A DNA stretch of 64,000 bases from Octopus vulgaris. Its lineage: Eukaryota. The position numbers and the translations under genes were made by a program. Below the pieces are notes generated by a model that ran no database searches, was not told the origin of the DNA, and saw nothing but the letters and a program-made list of their open reading frames with translations. Location of the stretch: assembly GCA_951406725.2 (NCBI GenBank), contig OX597829.1, positions 22,320,001-22,384,000 of the forward strand. The letters are read 5' to 3'. Below are positions 57,037-64,000 of this stretch, in pieces (position 1 is the stretch's first letter; the number at the start of each line of letters is the position of its first letter).

Positions 57037-57786
57037 ACTTCATTCAGTTTTCCCATACAAAATCCACCTTAGTAAGCTAAGTTCTATAATAGAAAATACT
57101 TACCTAAGGTGCCACGAACTGGGACTGAACCTAAAACCATGTGGCTGAGAAGTAACTTTCTTAACTACACAGCCATACCTGCACTTAGAGAGTCTTCCAA
57201 TTCATTACCAACAATAATATTAATATATGATAATGTTATGTTAATGATTTCAGTGCTGCCACCTTTAGGATAAAAGAAAAACATACTTATTTCACAGTTT
57301 CCTCCAGAAAATCCTTTAGGACAGGTGCAAGAATATTCATCAGGTTTGGTGTTTTGGCAAATGCCACCATTCAAACAAGGTTGATAAGTTCCGCAGTAGT
57401 TAAGATCTAGAATAAATCATCAAAAGGAATGAAAGTTTTAGGTTATTCAAGTACTGTTTTTTTGAGTACACGTAAAAGGTGATACATACGTATATGTATA
57501 CATACATACACACACACTTACATATATACAAACTTATACATACACACAAGTGGAATGTGGTTGGTTACAGTAATAAATAGAAGACTCTAAAACAGCCATT
57601 ATATATATTCTTATTTTAATTTTAATTAAACCCATATGTTAACCGTAGTTTGCCTGATTTGAACTTTTTTCTATTGCATCCACTGTACTTATCTAACACT
57701 TCAGGTTTGACTTGAATACTTATACACTGTCTATGTGTTTCAAAAGAAAATTATAACTGTGTGTGTGTATACATAGATATATATGC

Positions 57787-57826
<40 letters not shown>

Positions 57827-59556
57827 GTGTGCGTGTGTTTGATTATATATATATATATATATTCTTTTATGTGTTTCAGCCCTAAGGCTGTGGCCATGCT
57901 GGGGTACCATCAGTGTTATCTTTTCACTAGGCATGCTTTTGTGATTGGCATTTGGTGCCTTCTTTTGAGGGCAGCTTGTCATGATGTAAGTTCATCAGGG
58001 GCCTTGGACAGCAGGAGGTCAAACTGTTTTTTTGAAAATATATACCCCCTACTCCATGTAGATCTCTCAGATGTGTATATGTTGTGAATGCATTTTAAGA
58101 TTTCACTTAGGCATAGCGATACTAATAACCTGGTGTTAGAACTAAGTATATTTATGCCTGAGAACAAAGCATCAGTTGAGTACAGAGCAGTAATAAGAAA
58201 TTAAATAAATGACAAGGGAATAAGAATTTTAATAATCAACTTCATTGGCTTACATATGTTTCTGCAATAAGATGCAGTACACTTGCAGCTGAGTGTTTGT
58301 GCATCATCTTGTAGCTTCCTCAGAACTTAAATGCCTAAATGTATGTGTGTATGTAGATGGGACATATGTGTGCTCATTCATTCATGTTTTCATGCTAGCA
58401 AAGGTTAAACAAATACATTATCGAAGCATTTTTTTTATAGTCAGATGCTCCCCTTATCATTAACCATTGTTTGTATTTCTAATATGGGACGTTTCAATTC
58501 AACTCATCTTTGATGGGGTAGATCTAGCAAGCGATTTGTTGACAGAGACACATCAATAAAAGGCACCCTCAAAGGCAAATAAAAGGCAAAGCTCAAACTA
58601 AAACACAGAAAGCAAAAATTCATACACATACACACACACACACACAGAGTCACACATATTGTATGACAGTTTTCCATCCACCAAAACCACTATTACCTTT
58701 TTTTTACTACAAGTTCCCATAAGGTAATGATGCAAGGGAGGTAATAATCATCATCATCATCATCATCGTTTAGCGTCCGTTTTCCATGCTAGCATGGGTT
58801 GGACGGTTCTACTGGAGTCTGTGAAGCCTGAAGGCTTCATCAGGCCCAGTCAAATCTGGCAGTGTTTCTACGGCTGGATGCCCTTCCTAACGCCAACCAC
58901 TCCGTGAGTGTAGTGGGTGCTTTTTACGTGCCACCCGCACAGGTGCCAGACAGAGCTGGTAAACGGCCACGAACGGATGGTGCTTTTTATGTGCCACCGG
59001 CATGGGGGCCAGGCGAGGCTGGCAATGGACACGAACGGATGGTGCTTTTTACGTGCCACTGGCACGAGGCCAGTCGGGGCGGCGCTGGTAACGGTCGCGA
59101 AACAGAAGGTTCTCTTACATGCCACCGGCACTGGTAACACATCTGCAATTTCCATTGATCAATTTCGATTCTGATCCTCACTTGCCTCATAAATAATAAC
59201 TAATGTATTGTATATAAGTTAATTAATGAAGTAGCTAATTGGGAAGATACGGATAAGAGTTGGAAATGAAATGTAATAACCATAAAACTATAATTAATTA
59301 AAAAAATAAGTAAAGTAAAAACTGTTGATTTTTAGAATAACATGGTGTTAGATGTAAGACAATAGGACTATGTAAGAGATATAGAGACTACATGAGCAAC
59401 ATGTGGGCAGAGCACAATATTGCAGAGCTAAAGAGGAACTAGTCTACATGTTAACTTCTAAGCATTTTTAAAAAATATTTCCCATCTTCTAAGAATTTAT
59501 TTTAAGAACAGTATCAATTATTATGTGACATACAATTTACCAAATTTTCCCCTACA

Positions 59557-59604
<48 letters not shown>

Positions 59605-60288
59605 CATCCTGACAAACAAAATCTTGAATAGGAAAGAGGGGGAAATGCCACCCATGGGCCACCAAGGAACCCTACAGATACCAAGCCCTCCCTATTCACC
59701 AAGAGTAACACAACAAGTACTCTTCTCTCCTCCATGCTTCTCAGCCATCAGGTGCCAACTTAGAGTAGGTCTGCTCCCTTTCAACAAATTTTCTGAGGAA
59801 CAGCACATCCCTGTCAATCAACATCTTTTTCAAATAGAATTTTTTAAAAATTCAACGATGTTCTAAGAGAAGATGCTTGTTGCATCACTCATAAGTTTGT
59901 TGGTTCATATGTTTCAGAGTTGGTTATTTTTGTAATTTTTGTTATATATAATTCGTTAAAAACCACCAGAACATATAGGGCTGGCTAGTTTGTTTGTTGT
60001 TCCCATCTCAGAGGTGTAAATTTAAAATCATATAACATACAGAATATAGCATTACTAAAGCACCACACAGATCTTGTGTTAAGTATTTTCAATACTGCAA
60101 AAATAACAACACCAAAACAAACCACAGCACATACCCAAGGCACACAGAGCTGCACTCGGTAGTGCAATGAAAGCATGTGATAAAAATAAGATTACTGGAT
60201 CATCATCATTGTTTAACATCCACTTTCCATGCTAGGATGGGTTGAACGAATTGACTGAGGACTGGCGAACCAGATGGCTGCACCGATG

Positions 60289-60338
<50 letters not shown>

Positions 60339-60569
60339 CCTTCTTTTTACTATAGGCACAAGGCCTGAGATTTGGGGGGCAGGGGACAAGAAGATTACAT
60401 TGACCCCAGTGTTTCACTGGTACTCAATTTACTGATCCTGAAAGAATGAAAGGCAAAGTTGACCTCTGCAGAATTTGAACTCAGAATGTAAAACCGGACA
60501 AAATACTGCTAAGCATTTTGCCCAGCATGCTAATGATTCTGCCAGGTTGCCGCCTTAATAATTATAATA

Positions 60570-60613
<44 letters not shown>

Positions 60614-60812
60614 GAAGAAGAAGAAGAAGAAGAAGGAATAATAATAAAGAAAGAATAATAATGAAATGTAAATTGACAAACCTTTATTACAGAGAAGTCC
60701 CCCCCAATTCCTAGCACAGTTACATTCCCAAGGTTCTCTACAGGTGCCGTGCATACAGCCTGGATAAAGACTGCATTGATCACAAAGTGGTCCTTGCCAA
60801 CCATCTGTACAA
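30341..60812 (-). CDS. JAG1: Jagged/Serrate-family Notch ligand, multi-exon gene, 5'-partial (19 coding exons in window, ~985 aa visible)
   Basis: Hand-spliced exons, all GT-AG with compatible phases. They give the EGF1 end plus EGF2-16, the vWC-like region ([10 protein letters not shown]...VWCGPKNC), a TM helix and an ICD. Domain order and motifs ([32 protein letters not shown]) match Jagged rather than Delta or Notch. The symbol denotes the family; it does not imply 1:1 orthology to vertebrate JAG1 over JAG2. Confidence 0.96.
32080..32370. mobile_element. hAT (Charlie-like) MITE with 8-bp TSD
   Basis: 5' end CAGTGCTACTCAAAGTG, decayed 3' end ...AGAAGCATTA. TSD ATCTAAAA at 32072-32079 and 32371-32378. 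A partial second copy at 36378-36834 ends GAGAAGCACTG. Confidence 0.85.
32508..32820 (+). mobile_element. Putative Helentron/DINE-like non-autonomous element inserted in a piggyBac-type MITE
   Basis: 5' hairpin TACCCTGC-gcgcggaagcgaaa-GCAGGGTA, then GT-rich repeat and ACGGCTGAACGGATTTTCACCAAATTTGG. Host MITE sequence resumes near 32824. Confidence 0.5.
33304..33472 (-). CDS. JAG1: Jagged exon (169 nt): juxtamembrane region
   Basis: tttcag|TCA CTG GAT...CCT TCA G|gtaatt; [56 protein letters not shown]. Confidence 0.88.
34270..34401 (-). CDS. JAG1: Jagged exon (132 nt): juxtamembrane extracellular region (not in ORF track)
   Basis: ttacag|GGT GTA TCT...ACA CTG|gtaagt; [44 protein letters not shown]. 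Confidence 0.88.
35316..35582 (-). CDS. JAG1: Jagged exon (267 nt): cysteine-rich domain
   Basis: ttgaag|GTT TGG TGC...CCA AAA|gtaagt; VWCGPKNCL...[12 protein letters not shown]...[17 protein letters not shown]. Confidence 0.92.
36411..36720 (-). mobile_element. CR1 3'-end fragment, near-identical to 4100-4390, nested in a hAT MITE
   Basis: [35 protein letters not shown] and (ATT)n tail. Flanks continue the 32080-type MITE on both sides. Confidence 0.9.
36997..37121 (-). CDS. JAG1: Jagged exon (125 nt): start of cysteine-rich vWC-like domain
   Basis: tttcag|TT ATT GGA...ACA AAG|gtaagg; [42 protein letters not shown]. Confidence 0.92.
37542..37655 (-). CDS. JAG1: Jagged exon (114 nt): EGF16 (not in ORF track)
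   Basis: ttgcag|AT ATA CAA GAA TGT...GAA AAT G|gttagt; [38 protein letters not shown]. Confidence 0.92.
38880..39646. repeat. Tandem partial copies of a second TTAA-CC...GG-TTAA MITE-like family; also at 49063-49441 and inverted at 32015-32079
   Basis: Repeating unit TTGTTACCA.ATTTC...ATAACTTTGTCATTAT...AACATGAAATTTTGAT...TAGATCACTTTAA. Confidence 0.65.
39674..39904 (-). mobile_element. tRNA-derived SINE family A with 17-bp TSD; other copies at 39025-39255, 23250-23470, 47503-47703 and 8130-8302
   Basis: Head GGCGGTGAGCTGGCAGAAAC...AGTTCAAGTTC. TSD ATAAACACAAATATATA at 39656-39672 and 39906-39922. Confidence 0.88.
40026..40111 (-). CDS. JAG1: Jagged exon (86 nt): rest of EGF15
   Basis: tttcag|T TAC AAT GGT...AGA ATA A|gtaagc; [28 protein letters not shown]. 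Confidence 0.93.
40546..41180 (+). mobile_element. Non-coding ~580-bp segment embedded in (TAA)n; probable non-LTR retrotransposon 3' end
   Basis: GC-richer block bounded by (TAA)n on both sides, with a short internal duplication at its 5' end. Only one copy in the window. Confidence 0.45.
41193..41337 (-). CDS. JAG1: Jagged exon (145 nt): EGF14 plus start of EGF15
   Basis: tttcaaag|CT TCT TGG...CCT TG|gtaact; [49 protein letters not shown]. Confidence 0.91.
43014..43112. repeat. Near-perfect ~100-bp palindrome
   Basis: TTAGAAGAAATAAGGTACTCAGAAATTTGGATGGTTTTACAT-ttac-ATGTAAAACCATCCAGATTTCTGAGTACCTTATTTCTTCTAA. Confidence 0.92.
43271..43384 (-). CDS. JAG1: Jagged exon (114 nt): EGF13 (not in ORF track)
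   Basis: ttacag|AA GTG AGT CAG TGT...CAA ATA G|gtaatt; [38 protein letters not shown]. Confidence 0.92.
45106..45219 (-). CDS. JAG1: Jagged exon (114 nt): EGF12
   Basis: ttccag|AC ACC AAT GAT TGT...AAT TCA A|gtaaga; [38 protein letters not shown]. Confidence 0.93.
46430..46543 (-). CDS. JAG1: Jagged exon (114 nt): EGF11
   Basis: tttcag|AC ATA AAT GAC TGC...AGC CGC A|gtgagt; [38 protein letters not shown]. Confidence 0.92.
47052..47341. repeat. Near-perfect ~290-bp palindrome
   Basis: Arms of ~135 bp centred on CCTGTGA-tgcgg-TCACAGG at ~47188. Confidence 0.92.
48109..48273 (-). CDS. JAG1: Jagged exon (165 nt): interrupted EGF10
   Basis: caacag|TT ATT GAC CAA TGT...CAT GAA A|gtaaga; [55 protein letters not shown] (Jagged-typical insert). 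Confidence 0.94.
48743..48893 (-). CDS. JAG1: Jagged exon (151 nt): EGF9 plus start of EGF10
   Basis: tactag|ATT GCT ATC...TGT GAA G|gttagc; [50 protein letters not shown]. Confidence 0.91.
50100..50273 (-). CDS. JAG1: Jagged exon (174 nt): EGF7 end plus EGF8
   Basis: ttgtag|AAC CTT GTG...TGT CAG|gtaggt; [58 protein letters not shown]. Confidence 0.93.
51203..51249 (-). CDS. JAG1: Jagged micro-exon (47 nt): first half of EGF7
   Basis: ttgcag|AC ATC ATT GAT TGT...TGC GTT|gtgagt; [16 protein letters not shown]. Confidence 0.9.
51903..52130 (-). CDS. JAG1: Jagged exon (228 nt): Ca-binding EGF5 and EGF6
   Basis: taacag|AT ATT GAC GAG TGT...GAT ATG A|gtaagt; [25 protein letters not shown]...[39 protein letters not shown]. 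Confidence 0.94.
52717..52830 (-). CDS. JAG1: Jagged exon (114 nt): EGF4 (not in ORF track)
   Basis: ttgtag|TT GAT CGT GAC TGT...GAA ACT G|gtatgt; [38 protein letters not shown]. Confidence 0.92.
52840..53547. repeat. Three tandem ~133-bp units abutting the EGF4 exon acceptor; second unit interrupted by an RTE tail
   Basis: AACAGTAAGCAGA.TAAAGTGTGTTTATA starts at 52840, 52973 and 53408. Confidence 0.88.
54220..54670 (+). mobile_element. Full-length SINE family B copy
   Basis: Collinear with 13564-13970; ends in an (AGTAAAAG)n tail. Confidence 0.85.
55615..56052 (+). mobile_element. (GAT)n-tailed RTE-related 3' fragment with internal ~62-bp tandem subrepeats; other copies at 43925-44283 (+), 53085-53385 (+), 58748-59185 (-), 63275-63558 (+), 31590-31910 (+)
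   Basis: Shared GTTGGCGTTAGGAAGGGCATCCAGCTGTAGAAAC...CCCATGCTAGCATGG...GACGTTAAA(C)GATGATG. Confidence 0.82.
56808..56982 (+). ncRNA. Degenerate type I hammerhead-ribozyme-like motif inside an inverted repeat (Penelope-like remnant)
   Basis: CTGATGA (56902-56908), stem ATGCTGTAAAG/CTTTATGGGCAT, GAAAC (56940-56944), short stem III. Confidence 0.55.
57287..57406 (-). CDS. JAG1: Jagged exon (120 nt): EGF3
   Basis: ttctag|AT CTT AAC TAC TGC...GAA ATA A|gtatgt; [40 protein letters not shown]. Confidence 0.94.
60290..60556 (-). mobile_element. SINE family A variant with (ATT)n tail; other copies at 62437-62710 (+), 20950-21190 (+), 40140-40352 (-), and a cluster at 25020-26100 (-)
   Basis: Same tRNA-like head as family A; 3' end CAGGCCTTGTGCCTATAGTA..AAGGATTATTATT. 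Confidence 0.82.
60682..60812 (-). CDS. JAG1: Jagged exon (131 nt): end of EGF1 plus EGF2
   Basis: ttgcag|T TGT ACA GAT GGT TGG...TGT AAT AAA G|gtttgt; [43 protein letters not shown]. Confidence 0.93.
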
Positions 60813-61226
60813 CTGCAAAGAGAAATAAATAAATGCATGAATACATAAATAAATAACACAAAGAATAAAAAAATTGAATTTTAAAAAAAATTCTCAAACA
60901 TAAACTTTAAAACTGGTATTAATTTTTTATGTATATATATAGATACATACATACACTTGTAGATATGTATTTGCTTGTGTGTGTGTGTGTTGTTAGCAAC
61001 AGAAGCTTAATTAGTTCAGAATAGCATTCTATATACATGGATATGTTGTAGAAAGCCACAGCACTGTGCTGTTCATATTGAGGAAAGACATCATATAGCC
61101 ATATAGTGCTAAGAAAGCAATATATACGTAATGTACATAAATCTCTGTCGATTCACCAGAAGTGATAAAATACAGGATTCAATACACAAGTAAAGTATTC
61201 TTTAATAATTCGTATGGATGAGGATG

Positions 61227-61500
61227 TGGAGGCACATGGCCTAGTGGTTAGAGCAGCGGACTCACGGTTGAGGGATCATGGGTTCAAATCTCGGACTGGG
61301 CGATGTGAGTGTTTAAGGCAGAAGGTAATGGCGAACTTCTGCTGACTCTTTTGCCACAGCTTTCTCTCACTCTTTCCTCCTGCATCTTGCAGCTCACCTG
61401 CGATGGACTGGCGTCCCGTCCAGGTGGGGAACCTATATGCCAAGGAAACTGGGAAACTGGCCCTTATGAGCCAGGCGTGGCTCGAGAAGGAACAAACAAT
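61227..61500 (+). mobile_element. tRNA-derived SINE with V-domain-like core; second copy at 41575-41885 (-)
   Basis: A box TGGCCTAGTGG, B box GGTTCAAATCT, core CCTGCGATGGACTGGCGTCCCGTCCAGG, (ACA)n-like tail. Confidence 0.75.
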
Positions 61501-61955
61501 GGATGAGGATAGTTGCATAAAGAAGTGCTGAGCTCTAATTGTGGAGAGTAACCCAGGAAGATGTGGGATAAAGTGGTGAGAAAGGATCTTCAAATGCTGG
61601 GCCTCATTGAGGAAATGACAAGGGACTGGGAGATGTGATGATTTGCTGTACTTGATAAGACAAGTCAAGCTAAGCAGAATTGCTGTCTTCTACACATTCA
61701 AGCTTGTCCTTTCAGGTGCTGGTGCCACTTGTAAAGCACCTGTGCCAGTACTGTGTAAATGCAACTGTACAGGTGGCACATAAAAAGCATCCAGTACACT
61801 CTGTTAAGTGATTGGCATTAGGAAGGGCATCCAGCCATAGGAACCATGTCACAACAGACAATTGGAGTCTGGACAGCTTGACTGGCCAGCTCCATTTCAA
61901 AACATCCAATCCATAGCCAGCATGGGAAATGGACATTAAACAATGATGATAATGA
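61500..61955 (+). mobile_element. RTE LINE 3' end: ORF C-terminus, 3' UTR and (GAT)n tail
   Basis: Degenerate MDEDSCIKKC...PRKMWDKVVRKDLQMLGL, followed by the UTR shared with the (GAT)n-tailed repeats. Confidence 0.7.
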
Positions 61956-62649
61956 CAACTAAGATAACTGAAAGGCTCTAATTTCCTGTACTCAGTTATT
62001 CATTTCCAATCATCAGCTGGTAAATTGACCCTGTTTTCTTATGAATGGTGAAGCTTTTGTTTACAATCAAAGCACCATCACATGAGTACTGTGGCCATGG
62101 TGGGTGGGGCACCACCTTCAAGGGTTTGTTAATCAATCTGTAATGGCACTTATTACAGATTGGCATTTGATTGATCGTAATTTGTTGAACCAAAGTTATG
62201 GACTTGGCAAAACACAACATAAACAACTAGAATAAACGCAAACATGCAAAAATGCACACACACACACACACACACATAGAGTTTGACCTAAAGCTATGAT
62301 GAAAGATATTTGCTCAAGTGAAATAGAATGGAGCCAAATTTAGGAATTAGGGGTTCCAAGACTAATTTCTTAACTTGACAACCAAAATTTCAGGTTTTCT
62401 GCCTATAGAAGAAATTATTATCATTATTTCTATTTAAGGCAGTAGGCTGGCAGAATTGTTAGCATGCTGGCTAAAATACTTAGTGCTGTTTTGTCTGCTG
62501 CTACATTCTGAGTTCAAATTCTGCCAAGGTCAACTTTGCCTTTCATCCTTTTGAGTCTGACAAATTAGGTACCAGTTGCATACTGGGATCAATGTAATCG
62601 ACAGGACCCCTCCCCCTAAATTTCAGGCCTTGTGTCTACAGCAGAAAGG

Positions 62650-62697
<48 letters not shown>

Positions 62698-63854
62698 ATT
62701 ATTATTATTAAGGGGCAGGCGTCGCTGTTTGGTGAAGAAGTTTGCTCTCTAATGGCATGGTACTCGGTTCAGTCCCATTGTGTCGCACCTACGGCAAGTA
62801 TTTTCTACTAAATAACCCTAGTCCAGCCAGTTCATGTTAGAGTATTTGGGAGTTGGAAATTAAAAGCTCATCATAATCAACATCATCATCATCATTATCA
62901 TCAATATCATTTAACATCCATTGGAGAACTACATCATGCTCTAATGTCTGCTATGGCTGGATGCCCCCCCCCCCCGCCCCAACAGCAATCACTTTATAGA
63001 GGGTACCAGTGTCATAGAGGGTACTGGTGAGGTTGCAATGTAACTCACAAGATGAAAGGGAGAGCACTTTACATTAAGCTGGCAGAATTGTTAGCACGTC
63101 GAGCAAAATGCTTAATTCCACTGAGGTCTACTCAGCCTTTCATTCTTTCGGAGTCAATAAAATAAGGACCAGTTGAATGCTGGAGGGTCAGTGTTATATC
63201 AGCTTACACTCCTTGTCTGAAACTGCTGGCCTTGTGCCAAAATTTCATATCAATATTGTATACATACATATTGTAAAAAGCATCCAGCCCACACTGTGAA
63301 GTGGTTGGCATTTGGAAGGGCATCCAGCTGTAAAAAAAACATGCCAGAACTGACCTCACATGCATTGGTGGCACATAAAAAACTCTCAATCCACTCTGTA
63401 GGGTGGTTGATGTTAGGAAGGGTATCCAGCCATAGAAACCATGCCAAAATGGATACAGTAGTCTGGGGCAATGTTCTACCTGGCTGGCTCCTGTCAAACC
63501 GTCCAACCCATGCCAGCATAGAATGTGGATATTAAACGATGATGACGATGATGATGACGTATCATATACACATATGTATGTGTGCATGTATGCATAGATG
63601 TATGTATATATGTTTTTGTCACCCTGTTTTAATGTGTGCTAATTCTAAGAAAGAAACAGCATTCATACATATTTGATATCATTTGCTTTTGATTTTCTGG
63701 GGGAAAAAAAAACTCCATGTGCTGGGAAATATTCCCCTTGTTTGGAAAATAAGTGAGGGTTAGTAACAGTAAGAGCATCCAGTCAGGGAAGGAAAATCTG
63801 CTTCAATAAAGCTTTGTTCGGCCCATGCAAGTGTGAGGAAAGGGATTTAAAGAC

Positions 63855-64000
63855 AATGATGAGATAATGACGATGATGATGATGATAATAACAAGGATGA
63901 CACTGATGATGATGATGATCATCATCATGATGGTAATGATGACACTGATAATAATGACGTCAATGATAATGATGATAATGGTGATGATGATGACAATAAT
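63855..64000. repeat. (GAT)n degenerate microsatellite
   Basis: Directly visible. Confidence 0.9.

Noticed and set aside
30341-60812. Notch, Delta, Crumbs or fibropellin as alternative identity
   Set aside because: 16 EGFs with interrupted EGF10, the vWC-like domain and a short ICD without LNR or ankyrin repeats are diagnostic of Jagged/Serrate
61227-61300. tRNA gene (also heads at 13564, 12897 and 41885)
   Set aside because: A/B boxes are present but there is no intact cloverleaf, and each continues into a repeated SINE body
62120-62180. PICNKCH peptide on the minus strand resembling the missing EGF1 start exon
   Set aside because: It arises from a small palindrome (AATCTGTAAT...ATTACAGATT) next to SINE sequence and lacks the further cysteines and suitable splice sites. 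The upstream exon is probably outside the window.

Overview
AT-rich, microsatellite- and SINE-dense animal genomic DNA. The repeat landscape looks like an octopus (coleoid cephalopod); this is an inference. The dominant feature is a 5'-truncated, multi-exon Jagged/Serrate Notch-ligand gene on the minus strand. I reconstructed 19 coding exons by hand (60812 down to the stop at 30341, 2959 nt, all GT-AG and frame-consistent). They encode the end of EGF1, EGF2-16, the cysteine-rich vWC-like domain, a transmembrane helix and an intracellular tail ending ...EREIIM*. The signal peptide, MNNL and DSL exons lie beyond the right edge. The left 13 kb is a transposon graveyard: a ~1.4 kb foldback palindrome, a CR1 LINE nested in a long-TIR DNA element, an LTR-like remnant, three Helitron helicase fragments and RTE fragments. 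Introns carry tRNA-derived SINEs, RTE 3' tails, hAT and piggyBac-type MITEs, and several short palindromes with degenerate hammerhead-ribozyme cores (Penelope-like). Nearly all short ORFs in the supplied track are microsatellite or repeat artefacts. I found no clear new protein system. The best leads are the hammerhead-like palindromes, loss of the EGF3 O-fucose Thr in Jagged, and inverted repeats bracketing exons.
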